The notes under the pieces: generated by a model | Database searches by the model: none | The model's input: only the letters and a program-made list of their open reading frames with translations | What the model was told of the DNA's origin: nothing | NCBI GenBank assembly: GCA_963422375.2 | Contig: OY729427.2 | Coordinates: forward strand, 128,001-192,000 | From: Bryobacterales bacterium | Lineage (GTDB): Bacteria; Acidobacteriota; Terriglobia; Bryobacterales; UBA6623 | DNA: 64,000 bases | Direction of reading: 5' to 3' | Translations under genes and position numbers: made by a program | In this document: piece after piece, positions 21,024 through 32,851 of the stretch | Position numbering within the stretch: the first letter of the stretch is position 1 | Layout of the letters: every line of letters begins with the position of its first letter

Positions 21024-22267
21024 TTCGCTCCTCTCTCAATTCGCGCAGGCTTGACAGTCACGAGCACGTAGTTGTCAGTAGCATGGAATTGAGGCTCGGG
21101 ATGTCCGGCATCGCTCAAGAGCTTACGAGCTATGCTGAGTCCGATACCGAATCGTTGGACAAAGCCTAATACTTTCATTGACTCCGCGAGATTGGGGTTC
21201 CGATAATCGGCTACGCCGGGTTCGCCGAAATTGGTAGTCTTGACGTACCCGAATGGACCTCCGGGGCTATGTATTTCAATCCGGTCATCAAACCATGTAA
21301 CCCTAACAGGAGCATTGGTCGCCTCGTAGGCTCGGTGCATAAGAGCATTTGACGTAAATTGACGCAAGGCCTCCAGGGGATAGGTTTCTGTCCTGCGCTC
21401 AATAATATCTGAGAGAATATCAACGGCAACTCGGTTGTGAGATCTGAGCTTTTCATTCAATCTTCGTGCGACGTCACTAATCGTGCCCGTAATCTCTTCG
21501 TCATCGATAATACTATCGGAAAGACTAGTTCCGTTCACCCTTAGGAATTGCACATAGGTTCCGGGCAGCAGGTCTTGTGGGCATTTGCCAAGAATAAGGA
21601 TGCCAAGAACCGTAGCAGTCTCGTCTTCGTGAGAATCGATCATTTTGGTTGCCGCAAGCTGTTGCGCCAGGGTCCGGTCGTTAGCTGCCAATGTCTCGGC
21701 GCTCACTGCACGCGAAAGATACTCGTATTCGAATGCGGCCAGATTCAAGTCTGCGATCCCAGTACTAGGTATCGCGAAAACGTCGAATGGCTGATCGCCC
21801 CATCGTCGGCGTTCGTTTAGGATGGCCTCTTCTTGAGATGTTGCGATGCCTCTCCTCGGGCCAATTCGAACATGAATCCTCCCCTTGAACCGTACCGGAG
21901 GCGAGGTCGAAGGCAACACCACCACGATGGCGACGTGAAAATCCTGATAAGAAAGTTTCTCAACAAGCATCACCGGAGCAGGTGTAATGTTCCCGGAACT
22001 ACGGATGTCTGAGAGCGAAATCAGCATACTGTCTGTGACCGTCTCGCCCGTTGATTCGCCTTTATCCGAAATGCCAATAACGACGACGCCCGGCTGTCCG
22101 GACCTTGGCAGGTCGTTGGAAAACGCGCAGATTACTTCTTGAATAGCTTCTTTGGCCTTGCCGCGCAGCGACTCCTTGAACTCCGTTTTCCAGCTCTCAC
22201 CCGCACTGATCCGGTCGGACAGCGCCTCGTCTGTCAAGTGAAGCGTGGTGTGAGTACCGTGTGCCAT
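21020..22267 (-). CDS. AlbA_2 (Schlafen-like) domain + HATPase_c_4 protein
   Basis: GESWKTEFKE, ICAFSND, VIGISDKG, then YPLEALRQFTSNALMHRAY, DRIEIHSPGG, RNPNLA and VQRFGIG; no C-terminal HTH seen. Confidence 0.9.
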   Translation of the reverse strand: MAHGTHTTLHLTDEALSDRISAGESWKTEFKESLRGKAKEAIQEVICAFSNDLPRSGQPGVVVIGISDKGESTGETVTDSMLISLSDIRSSGNITPAPVMLVEKLSYQDFHVAIVVVLPSTSPPVRFKGRIHVRIGPRRGIATSQEEAILNERRRWGDQPFDVFAIPSTGIADLNLAAFEYEYLSRAVSAETLAANDRTLAQQLAATKMIDSHEDETATVLGILILGKCPQDLLPGTYVQFLRVNGTSLSDSIIDDEEITGTISDVARRLNEKLRSHNRVAVDILSDIIERRTETYPLEALRQFTSNALMHRAYEATNAPVRVTWFDDRIEIHSPGGPFGYVKTTNFGEPGVADYRNPNLAESMKVLGFVQRFGIGLSIARKLLSDAGHPEPQFHATDNYVLVTVKPARIERGAN

Positions 22268-23317
22268 GCGTTACTGTCGCTTCGTGTGCAGGTCGTATGC
22301 ATGTGCCTCGACTGAGGCTCCAATGATGAATCTAGCACACCTCCCACAGTAACGCAAGGACCAAATCTTAGCCCCTGCGACCTTCGGTGTTTCCCTCCCG
22401 CTGTAGCCGGTCAGGCTGCCCATCTGAGCGGTCTGGAGCAACGGATCCGGGAAGCGCTTCTACGACAGTGACACTAGCCGCATTCCAACATGGCGCACAG
22501 GGTAGGCCCAAGCTGGACCAGTGGACCGACACGAGCACCATGAGATGAACTGGCGGGGAGCTCCCCCAGCATACTATCGGGCGAACGGAGATTGCCAGCT
22601 CGTACCGTTCCCGATAGTCGAATGGCGAGGCGGTCGCACTCGGCAGCCCTGCCGCGGGGTCGGCAGTGGCGACTCAACTCGCATCCAGCGCCCATTCCCC
22701 GCCACGTCAGCGCACAGCTGCTACAGCCGCTTAGGCCGCTTGCCTAGTGCCCCCACAACCGTCTCCCGAACGCGGTCCAGTTCGTGCCTCGGCGTAGACG
22801 CTAGGACGAGCAAGTCGCGCGCATGCAACCTGCCTCGAGGGCTCCACGAGCTGCTGGTACGAGTGCGCCGAGAGTCCGGTGCCGGAGAACCGTAGCCCGC
22901 CGCGAGACGCTGGTCTACGGCCTGCGGGCCGTGGGTTCTGGATACTCGAGTCTAGGAGGATCTGGTCAGTGCGGGCCAGTTGCGCGGCTGGTAGCATCTC
23001 GGTCGTGGCGAGCGCTCCAATTCGAGCTGGAGCGATCGTCCGTAGTCCCGCCATCAGTCCGCTGGGCGAATTGCCGCGCCCGCCCCTACGTCGTCCCAGA
23101 TCAGTCGCGCCCTCGCCGAGTGCGGACCCGGCTTCGCGCCCCGCCCCGGCGCTTCGATCCGCAACCAGCGCAAAGGCCATCCAGAGCGTCTGACCATGGG
23201 GCCGGGTCCATATTATTCGCCGCGGTCCCGTGTCGAGCAGCCCTCGCCAAGACGAGACCCAGTCTGCCCCTACCACCACGACCGCCAAATCTGTGAGAGA
23301 TTGAGATTGGCTTCCTG

Positions 23318-26300
23318 GTGAAATCCTACCTGCCAGTTCAGGGAAGCCTCTTCCCCGAGGACTTTCTCGCCGGTTCTATTGCCCAAACGCCCGACTGGCT
23401 GCTGTCCGGCCTGCCTGACGCCGAGCAGCTCGCTGCGTCCCTGACCTCCGTATTCGACCGGTTTCCCATTGGGCAGCGACCGAACGAGGGCCAGACCGAG
23501 TGCGACTTGGTCCGTCCAATCCTCGAGATCCTAGGCTGGACGGCCAGCCTCGCCCAGCAGAACCTGAGCGCGCGTGGGCGCCAAGACGTCCCCGACATCC
23601 TGCTGTTCGCCGACAGCGACTGGAAGGAACGCGCCAACGCGGTCCCCGAGGAATGGAAGCGATACGCCATGGGCTCGGCGATCATCGAGGTCAAGCGCTG
23701 GCAGCGCCCACTCGACCGCCGCTCAGGTTGGTCGGACGAAGTGACCGCCCCGGCGACCCAGATGCTGCGCTACCTCCGCCGCGTCGACGACCCGACTGGC
23801 GGCCGCCTCCGCTGGGGCATTCTCACCAACGGCCGTCGCTGGCGGCTCTACTGGCAGGGCGCCCGGTCCGTCGCGGAGCAGTTCTTCGAGATCGACCTCG
23901 CCGCCGTGCTCGGCATCCCGAGTGCCGCCGGAGACGCCATCGCCCCGGAAGAAAGGGGGCACTGGCTCAGGGTATTCGCGCTAGTCTTCCGGCGGGAGGC
24001 CTTCCTTCCCGGGCCGTTGGACAGGCGCACCTTCCACCAGCGCGCCATCGACGAGGGCCGCCATTACGAGGAGCGCGTCGCGGCCAGCCTCGCCGCACTG
24101 GTCTTCGAGGGCGTCTTCCCCGAGCTAGCGCGCGCCCTCGCGAACGCCCGTCCCGACGCGCCCCTGAAGGAGGTTCGCAACGCGACACTCATCCTGCTTT
24201 ACCGGCTGCTGTTCATCTTCTACGCCGAAGACCGCAACCTGCTGCCGGTGCGAGACCCGCGATACGCCCCCTACGCGTTGCGCGGCAAGGTCCGCGAGGA
24301 CGTCGGCACGCGCAAGGACCGAAACGACATCTTTTCGGAAACGGCGGCCTGTTCCGACGCGACAGCGCTCCCCTCTTGGACAGGGCTCAGGTCGGGGACC
24401 GCGTCCTAGCCGACGTGATCGACGCGCTCTCCTTCGAGCGGTCGCCGACAGGCCGCCGCTACATCAACTACCGGGACATTGGCGTCCAGCAGCTCGGCTC
24501 GATCTACGAGCGCCTTCTGGAGCACCAGCTCGTCCGCGAGGGGGACGGCATCGTCGTACGCCCCGACGCCTTCGCGCGAAAGGCCACCGGGAGCTACTAC
24601 ACACCCGACGATCTGGTGCGACTCGTCGTCGCCGAGACAGTCGACCCGATCGTGCAGGCCCGGATTGACGACTTCAAAGCCGTCATCCGCAGACTTCCCT
24701 CCGGTCCGCCAGGAGCTGACCCTCGCGCCTCGAAGACCGTCCTGCCCGACCCGGCAGAAAGAATACTCGAACTCAAGATCTGCGATCCCGCAATGGGTTC
24801 AGGGCACTTCCTCGTCAACCTGGTCGATCATCTCACGGACCGCGCGGTGGCTGCCATCGCCGAGGCGGAGTCCGTGCTGGAGGGGTACCAATCGTCGATG
24901 GCGTTGCGGATCAACGACATCCGCGACCGCATGACAGAGAACGCACGCGAGCAGGGCTGGACGCTGAATCCTAGCCAGCTCGACGACCGCCACATCGTGC
25001 GGCGCATGATTCTCAAGCGGTGCGTCTACGGCATCGACAAGAATCCCATGGCCGTCGAGCTCGCCAAGGTCTCGCTGTGGCTGCACACGTTCACGGCCGG
25101 TGCGCCGCTGAGCTTCCTCGACCACCACCTGCGCTGCGGCGACAGCCTGTTCGGGGCTTGGGTACGCACGGGCATCGACCGGGCCCGCCAGAAGGGCGGC
25201 GCACTGTTCCTCGAACGCTCGATCAGCCGGGCGCTCAAGGCCGCGGCGTCCATGCAAACGCTGGAGGGCCTGACAGACGTCGTGATCTCCGAGGTCCATC
25301 GCTCCGCGGACATATTCGAGGAGGTCCTAGGGCAGACGATGCCGCTGGACGCATTGCTCTGCCTGCTCCACGCCTTCGAGTGGCTGGGCCCGGTCGACCG
25401 CGCAGACCGCGCGGCCGTGACAGCCTTCCTGTTCGGGGGATTCGGCGACCCGGTGGAGATCGCCGTAGGCCAGCTCGGGATCGGCGGCGAGACCGAGGAG
25501 GCCCGCCGGATGGCGAACCTGCTGGAGCGGGCCCGGGCAATCTGCCGCCGAGAGCGCTTTCTTAACTGGCAGGTCGCCTTCCCCGGGGTTTGGAGGAATT
25601 GGGATGCCGATGGGCTCGAGGGCGGCTTCTCCGCCGTGATCGGCAACCCGCCGTGGGAGCAGCTGAAGCTCAGGCAGGTTGAATGGTTCGCTCAGAGGCG
25701 CCCGGAGATCGCGCACGCCGAGAGGGCGGCTGATCGGCTGCGCATGATCAATGGACTGAAGGGGAAGAAGGACCCTCTCGCCGCGAACTACGCAGCTGCC
25801 CGCCAGCGCGCCGCGTCGGCGGCGCGGGTCGCCCGCAACGGCGGCGATTACCCTCTCCTAGGCAAGGGCGACATCAATTTATACTCACTGTTCGTCGAGC
25901 GGGCTATGACGCTGGTTCGACCCGACGGACTCGTCGGGCTGCTCGTGCCTTCTGGCATCGCAGGCGACCTAACGGCGTCCAACTTCTTCCGCAGGGTGTC
26001 GCTTCAGGGCCGGCTGCGCTCAATCTACGACTTCGAGAACAAGGCAGCGAGCGACGAGCCATTCTTTCCCGACGTGCATCGGAGCTTCAAATTCTGCACA
26101 TTCGTCGCGGGACGGTCCCCGACTGAAGAGCCGACTCGCTTCGCATGCTATCTGCACGACGTCGCCGAACTTGACGACCCCGAGCGCCGCTTCATGCTCG
26201 CTTCGCGAGACTTCCTCGCCGTGAATCCCAACACGGCCACGGCCCCGATATACCGGACGCGACGCCGACCTAACCGGCGCAATTTACGCCCGGCTGCCGG

Positions 26301-27340
26301 TCTTGGTCAATCGGGCCTCCGAGGCGACGGTTCATGCGTGGCCCGTCAAGTACTGGCGGATGTTCGACATGACGATGAGCTCGAGGGAATTCCGGACGAG
26401 GGGCGAGCTGGAGGACAAGGAGGGCGCTTGGCCTGCGGGCGGCAATCGCTTCCAGAGTCCCAGCGGCGACTGGGTGCCTCTCTACGAAGGCAAGATGGTG
26501 CAGGCGTTCGACCATCGTGCGGCCAGCGTCCGGGTCAACCCAAGCAACCGGCACCGGCCCGGTCAGCCCGTCGCGACCACGCCGGACCAGCACCGCAACC
26601 CGGACTTCCTGCCCGAGCCACGCTACTGGGTGCCCGCCAGGCAATGCGGCTGGCCCGCGGGGCCGGGCTGGACGCTCTGCTTCAAGGAAATCACGGCGCC
26701 CACCAATTCGAGAACCTTTATCGCAGCCATCGCCCCAACCGTCGGCTTCGGCAACAAGATCCCCGTCCTCAAGGGGACGTGCGACAACCGAGCCGAGTGG
26801 CTGCTGGCGGCCAACCTCAACGCCACCGTCCTGGACTACGTGACCCGCAACAAGCTCCACGGCCAGACGCTCAACCTGTTCGTCATCGAGCAGCTGCCCG
26901 TGGTCCCGCCCGAAACCTACCTACGAGTCAGGTTCGGCCCCAAGACAGCCGGGGAGATCGTTCGTGAGGCCGTGCTGGAGCTGTCCTACACCGCGTGCGA
27001 CCTGGAGCCTCTGGCGCGGCATCTCGGGCATTTCGACTCAAACGGCGACGCGCTCGCCCCGTACCCGTGGGATGAGGACCGCCGCCTCGTGCTCCGCGCC
27101 AAGCTGGACGCTCTCTATTTCCTGCTCTATGGCCTGACGGACCGGGACGACGTACGCTACGTCTATTCGACATTCCCGGCCGTCGAGAGGAGGGAGATGG
27201 CGGCCCTTGGCCACTATCGGAGCCGCGATCTGTGCCTAGCGTGGATGAATGCGCTAGCTGCGGGACAGCCGGACGCTGCGGTTGAGCCCTATCAGAGTTC
27301 GGTGCGGAGTGCCCTGACCGATGACCGGCGAAGCGTTTAA
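23318..27340 (+). pseudogene. Type IIG (Eco57I-like) fused restriction-modification enzyme with two frameshifts
   Basis: PD...EVK nuclease motif, WGILTNG, GSIYERLL, RKATGSYYTP, DPAMGSGHFL, NPPW and a TRD-like C-terminus. Frame changes at ~24345 and ~26262. Confidence 0.92.
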
Positions 27341-27486
27341 GCGCTCCTCGTTGCAGCCGCAAGGAGCCGACAAGACTAGCGGTATCGCAGGGTGGAGGGC
27401 GGTTGGCATCAACGAGAGCACAGGCCAAGCAACCGGCACAAGGCATTCGGAGGCTCTGAACAGCCTTGATCTCGGTGGTTGTAGGC

Positions 27487-28119
27487 TTATGTGTGTTCCT
27501 CGCCTAGAGACTCGACAATCAGCGAGGCCAAGAACGGATAAATTCGCGAATAAAGATCAAGATACGGCTTGATTTCCGGTGGTATATCGAAACTTACGTC
27601 AGGCAGCTGCGCTGCTGCGCCACCCGGCCCCTTGATGGGAATCCTTGGCAATCCAACGAGAAGTTTTCCCGCAATATTGTATTCCTAATAAATTCCATCC
27701 ATTCCGCCTACAAAGACTGATCCTGACACTCCAATGTTACGTGCATAAGTCAGCATCAAATATCTCATTTTCGATAGAATCTTATCCAACGTATCGCACC
27801 TATCTGTCCAATGGACCTCACCGACTCCAGAGATTTCTAAGAGCAATGGATCGTCTTGGATAGCTCTATCAAACCACTTTGATTGAAATATGTTTACTTT
27901 TCTCTTGATTCCTAACTCGTGTGAGATCATCAAGATCATCGGCGTCATCGTTGGATGTTCACCGAGCAGTATCCGCCCATCACTCAACAGGATTTCCAGT
28001 GAAATGGCTGACACCGCATCAGCAATCTCTGCGGGATCGTAGGGCCTGACCTTCATGCCTCTCTCTGCAGATGGAAAACTTGCCGACAGGAACACTGCCT
28101 TGCCATTGAGTGATCTCAT
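27487..28119 (-). pseudogene. SLOG-domain protein with an internal TAG
   Basis: VFLSASFP, GEHPTMTPMI, FQSKWF, LSKMR, VFVGGMDGIY*EY...GPGGAAA; the frame continues past the TAG at 27685-27687 to TAA at 27487. Confidence 0.8.
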
Positions 28120-29166
28120 GATGTCAACTTTCCCTGAGAGAGCGGTCCAGAGCTACTTCCACTCCGCGCCGCCAAGGCTGCCCCACCCAATTCAATAGTC
28201 AAAGCTGAGGACCACACGCCTGCGGATCTTTGGTTTCCATCGTACGCCATCAGACGAAGAGGTCTCAGACTGCCCGAGGTCGAGGGGTGGGGCGAGGCCC
28301 GGGCCTGTAGAAAGTCCTTGCGCAATGCGCACGGTCTTCTCCGAGGGTTCGCACCGTCCAATCTACATGTTGTGGTGTCTTGTTACGCGTGCCTGTATGG
28401 AGGACAGCACTCTGAAATCACGTTTACCGCACCGAGCAACTTCACTAGCAGTTTCCGGGATCGGCGGAATGCCGCCCCTCTCATTCGCCCTGTGATTGCC
28501 GCTGACGCCTGCAAGTCTGCCTGCGTAAAGCCGGTCGGAGTCCCGCTGTGCCTGTTCCTCCCCGACTCTGTCTCCGTGGGTGCGGGCCGTTCAATTCGGC
28601 ACCCGGCAGCGCCGGCACGACGCACGAGCCTGGGTCGAGCGAGAACCGCCTGCAGTGGCGTCTCACGTCGATCCGGACTCGAGCACAGCTCGTCAACTGG
28701 CCCGCCCAGTGACCGAACCGGGCGGGCGCCCGATGAAGGCGATCCTTCGCTCGTCCGTGCCACCCGGACGCTCGCGCCCGCTTGAGACTCCGACGGTCGA
28801 ATGGGCCGGATTGAACTCAGGCCCGGCAGTGCTGCCTCCGCCCGCCCTACGGTCATGACCCCATCGACCCGCGCCCCGAGGGCAGGATCCCCGTCGTGCC
28901 GACCAAGTTGCGATCGCCGAACAGCGTGCATGCCCACCCTCTTCGACACCACCGAGAGCGACCGAGTGACACCGTCCAGGGACTCGGCAACCCACCCTGT
29001 GGGCTTCGCTATCATCGCCTTGCCGGCCAGTCCGCATGTTCTGTGATCGGCGCGCGGAAGGGCCTGCGTAGGTCCATGCTTCGCGCAACGGGACCCGCGC
29101 AAGCTCTCGGTCGGCGGTGGGACAGGCGCACCGCCCGATCCCACCCGGCGAGCCCGTAAAGTTACG

Positions 29167-31488
29167 ATGTCCGTGTCGGTGCAAAGATTGCTCGCAGCAG
29201 CCATTCTTGGCTTGGCCGCGCTAGCGACGCTCGCCCCCTATTTGTCGGCGGAGGCGAAGAGGCCCGACCCGCAGTTCACCGCGAGGTACTGCATGGCCTG
29301 CCACAGCCACGCCGCCCGGACAGCCGGGGTGTCGCTCGAGGGCCTCGACACGGCTGAGGTCTCGCTGCAACCGGCCGTCTGGGAGAAGGTGCTCCGCAAG
29401 GTCGAGACCGGCGAGATGCCCCCGCCGGACATGCCAGCGCCCGAGCCCGGGGAGCGCGCGGCGTTCTCCCGCACGCTCGAGGGCGCCCTCGACGCGGCGG
29501 CCGCCGCGAACCCGGACCCGGGGCGGCCGCCGGCGCACCGCCTGAACCGCGCCGAGTACGCCAACGCCGTCCGCGACCTTCTGGACCTCGAACTCGACGT
29601 CGCGTCGATGCTGCCCGTGGACGACTCCGGCTACGGCTTCGACAACATCGCCGACGTGCTCTCCCTGACACCGGCGCTGCTGGACCGCTACATGTTCGCC
29701 GCGCGGCGCGTCAGCCGACTAGCCGTCGGGGCCCCCCTCGCCAAGCCTCAGAAGGACATCTTCGTGCGCAACCGGGAGACGGGATTCCGCGAGCAGGGCC
29801 ACGCCAGGGCGTCATTCGGCGACTTGCCGCTCGGGGCGGGCCGAGGCGTCGCGCTGCGCTACCGCTTCCCGCGAACCGGCGAGTACTTGATCGCTCTCGC
29901 ATTGGACCAAGGCGACTCGCGGGAGGCCTACAAGCACGAAGAGACGCGCGTGAGCGTCGACGGCGGATTGCGGACGCTGGCGTTCGCCTTCCCCCGGGAG
30001 TCCTCGCGGCCCGAGCGGGCGGGCCCGGCCGCATCGAGTGCGGTCCCCCGCCCCCATCCGCCTCTCGACGTCCGCTTGGACGGACGCCGGCTGCATCTCG
30101 TGGAACTGCCCGAGGCCGCCAGGCCCTACTCGATCCGCCGGATCTCGATCGAAGGCCCCTTCGCGGACCGGGGCCCGGGCGACACGCCCAGCCGCCGCCG
30201 AATCTTCAGCTGCCGTCCGTCGTCGCCGTCCGACGCGGGAGCCTGCGCCGAGCGAATCCTGAGCAAGCTGGCCCGGCGGGCCTACCGGCGGCCGGTCACC
30301 GGCGCGGATCTGGGCCCGTTGCTGGCGGTCTACGAGTCGGGGCGCTCCGCTGGAGGCTTCGACCGAGGCATCGAGCGGGCGCTGCGGGCGCTGCTCGTCT
30401 CGCCCGGCTTCCTCTTCCGCACGGAGGATGATCCGGAAGGGGCCCGTCCCGGTAGCCCGTACCAGGTCAGCGACATCGAACTCGCCTCCCGCCTGTCCTT
30501 CTTCCTGTGGAGCAGCCTCCCGGACGAGGAGCTGCTGGCGGCCGCCCAGCGAGGAGACCTCCGCAAGCCGGGCCGGCTCGAGCGGCAGGTCCGCCGGATG
30601 CTCGCCGACAGCCGCGCTTCGGCGCTGGTCGAGAATTTCGCCGGGCAGTGGCTCGAGCTGCGCAAGGTCTCCAAGGTGAAGCCGGACGAGATCCTGTTTC
30701 CCGAGTTCGACGCGGATCTGCGTTACGCCATGCGACGGGAAACCGAGCTGGTGTTCGAGGACATCCTCCGCAACAACCGCAGCGTGCTGGAACTGCTCGA
30801 CTCAGACCGGACGTTTCTCAACGAGCGCCTCGCCCGGCACTACGGCATCGACAGCGTCCACGGCTCGCAGTTCCGCGAGGTGCGCCTGTCCGACCCGCGC
30901 CGGGGCGGACTGCTCGGCCAGGGCAGCGTGCTAGCGGTCACGTCGTACCCTAACCGAACTTCCGTGGTGATCCGTGGCAAGTGGGTGCTTGAGAATCTCT
31001 TCGGCATGCCCCCGCCCCCACCGCCTCCGGACATACCCGAGCTGGAGGAGGCCGCGGCGCGGGACGCGAAGCTGACGCTGCGCGAGCTGATGACCCTGCA
31101 CAGCCGGAGCCCGACATGCGCCAGCTGCCACGTCCGCATGGACCCGATCGGCTTCGCCCTGGAGAACTTCGACGCCATCGGCCGGTGGCGGGACACGGAG
31201 GGCGAGGCGGCGATCGACGCCTCCGGGGAACTACCCGGCGGGATGGAATTCGACGGCCCGGCCGGGCTGAAGCGGGTACTCTCTACGCAGCTGCGCAAGC
31301 GATTCGTTCAAACGGTGGCAGAAAAGCTGCTCACCTACGCGCTGGGCAGGGGCTTGGAGTATTACGATAGGGCTACGGTACGCATGATCGCGAGGCAGGC
31401 GGAGCAGTCGGGTTACGGCTTGGCGGACATGATCGTGACCGTGACCGAGGCGATGCCGTTTCAGATGAGGAGGTTGCCGCAATCGTGA
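29167..31488 (+). CDS. DUF1592/1588/1595/1587/1585 planctomycete-type cytochrome c protein
   Basis: CMACH, RLNRAEYANAVRDLL, LASRLSFFLWSSLPD, FAGQWL, CASCH and KLLTYALGRG. Confidence 0.93.
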   Translation: MSVSVQRLLAAAILGLAALATLAPYLSAEAKRPDPQFTARYCMACHSHAARTAGVSLEGLDTAEVSLQPAVWEKVLRKVETGEMPPPDMPAPEPGERAAFSRTLEGALDAAAAANPDPGRPPAHRLNRAEYANAVRDLLDLELDVASMLPVDDSGYGFDNIADVLSLTPALLDRYMFAARRVSRLAVGAPLAKPQKDIFVRNRETGFREQGHARASFGDLPLGAGRGVALRYRFPRTGEYLIALALDQGDSREAYKHEETRVSVDGGLRTLAFAFPRESSRPERAGPAASSAVPRPHPPLDVRLDGRRLHLVELPEAARPYSIRRISIEGPFADRGPGDTPSRRRIFSCRPSSPSDAGACAERILSKLARRAYRRPVTGADLGPLLAVYESGRSAGGFDRGIERALRALLVSPGFLFRTEDDPEGARPGSPYQVSDIELASRLSFFLWSSLPDEELLAAAQRGDLRKPGRLERQVRRMLADSRASALVENFAGQWLELRKVSKVKPDEILFPEFDADLRYAMRRETELVFEDILRNNRSVLELLDSDRTFLNERLARHYGIDSVHGSQFREVRLSDPRRGGLLGQGSVLAVTSYPNRTSVVIRGKWVLENLFGMPPPPPPPDIPELEEAAARDAKLTLRELMTLHSRSPTCASCHVRMDPIGFALENFDAIGRWRDTEGEAAIDASGELPGGMEFDGPAGLKRVLSTQLRKRFVQTVAEKLLTYALGRGLEYYDRATVRMIARQAEQSGYGLADMIVTVTEAMPFQMRRLPQS

Positions 31489-32843
31489 TCTTGACAGGAA
31501 AGTCCCTCTCCAGGCGCGCCGCGCTGCGCGGCATGGGCCTGTCGGTTTCCCTGCCGTTTCTGGACGCGATGGTTCCCGCGATGGCGGCCCCGCGCGTGCG
31601 CGCCTCCGAGCCGGCATTGCGCATGGGCTTCGTCTACGTGCCCAACGGGGTCATGGACTTGAAGGGCGAGTGGACGCCGCAGGGCGAAGGCACGGACTTC
31701 GAGTTCAGCGAGATCGGGCAGGGCCTGGCGCCGTATCGCAGGCACCTGACGTTTCTGAGCGGCCTAGCGCAGCTGAACGGGCGCCCCGGCGCCGACGGAG
31801 CCGGGGACCACGCCCGTGCCGGGGCGACGTTCCTGACAGGGGCCCGTCCGGTCAAGACCGAAGGCCTCGGCATTCGGGCCGGCGTTTCGGCCGACCAGAT
31901 CGCGGCGCGCGCGCTGGAGGAGCACACGCAATTCGGCTCGCTCGAAACCGGGATCGAGGAGCCCAGCGTCGCCGGCGGCTGCGATTCCGGGTACAGCTGC
32001 GCGTACACGAACACGATTTCGTGGCGCAGCCCCACCACGCCCAATCCGGTCGAGGACAACCCGCGCCGGCTCTTCGAACGCCTGTTCGGGGACGGCGACA
32101 GCACGGACGCAGCCGAGCGCTTGGCGAAGCTGCGCGAGCAGCGAACCATCCTCGATTTCGTCCGTCGCGACCTGGCCCGCCTGAAGTCGGAGCTAGGTGC
32201 CGAGGACCGCCGGAAGCTCGACGAATACGCCGAGTCGATTCGCGACCTCGAGCGGCGCATCGCCAAGGCGGAAGACCAGAGCGGGAAGGACTTGCCCGTA
32301 GTCGAGCGCCCCGGCGGAGTGCCGGACAGCTTCACTGCGCACGCCAAGCTCATGATCGACTTGCAGGTGCTGGCGTTCCAAGCCGACCTCACCCGCGTGA
32401 CCACGTTCATGATGGGCCGCGAGGGCACCTGGCGCAGCTATCCCGGCATCGGGGTGCCCGACGCCCACCACGCCGTTACGCACCACTCGCACGACAAGGC
32501 GAAGATCGCCAAGGTGATCCTCATCAACAAGCACCACGTGGAGATGTTCGCGTACATGCTCGAGAAGATGCGGGGCACCGCGGACGGCGACGGCACCTTG
32601 CTCGACCACTCGATGCTGGTCTACGGCAGCTCGATCTCGGACGGCAACCAGCACTTGCACCACGACCTGCCCATCGTGCTGGCGGGGGGCGGCGGGGGGC
32701 GGCTCCGGGGCGGCAGGCATCTCAGGTATCCGCGCGAGACGCCGATGAACAACCTCCTGCTCAGCCTGCTCGATCTCGGCGGCGTTCCCACGGAGAGCCT
32801 CGGCGACAGTACGGGGAGGCTCGAAGGCCTCACTCGCGCGTAG
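31485..32843 (+). CDS. DUF1552 (HXXSHH) protein with Tat signal
   Basis: SRRAALRG, FVYVPNG, CDSGYSCAY, HHAVTHH and DGNQHLH. Confidence 0.93.
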   Translation: MILTGKSLSRRAALRGMGLSVSLPFLDAMVPAMAAPRVRASEPALRMGFVYVPNGVMDLKGEWTPQGEGTDFEFSEIGQGLAPYRRHLTFLSGLAQLNGRPGADGAGDHARAGATFLTGARPVKTEGLGIRAGVSADQIAARALEEHTQFGSLETGIEEPSVAGGCDSGYSCAYTNTISWRSPTTPNPVEDNPRRLFERLFGDGDSTDAAERLAKLREQRTILDFVRRDLARLKSELGAEDRRKLDEYAESIRDLERRIAKAEDQSGKDLPVVERPGGVPDSFTAHAKLMIDLQVLAFQADLTRVTTFMMGREGTWRSYPGIGVPDAHHAVTHHSHDKAKIAKVILINKHHVEMFAYMLEKMRGTADGDGTLLDHSMLVYGSSISDGNQHLHHDLPIVLAGGGGGRLRGGRHLRYPRETPMNNLLLSLLDLGGVPTESLGDSTGRLEGLTRA

Positions 32844-32851
32844 GGAATGAA

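Noticed and set aside
22270..23317. Helicase or other partner gene upstream of the type IIG enzyme
   Set aside because: No helicase motifs could be recognised in any listed frame.
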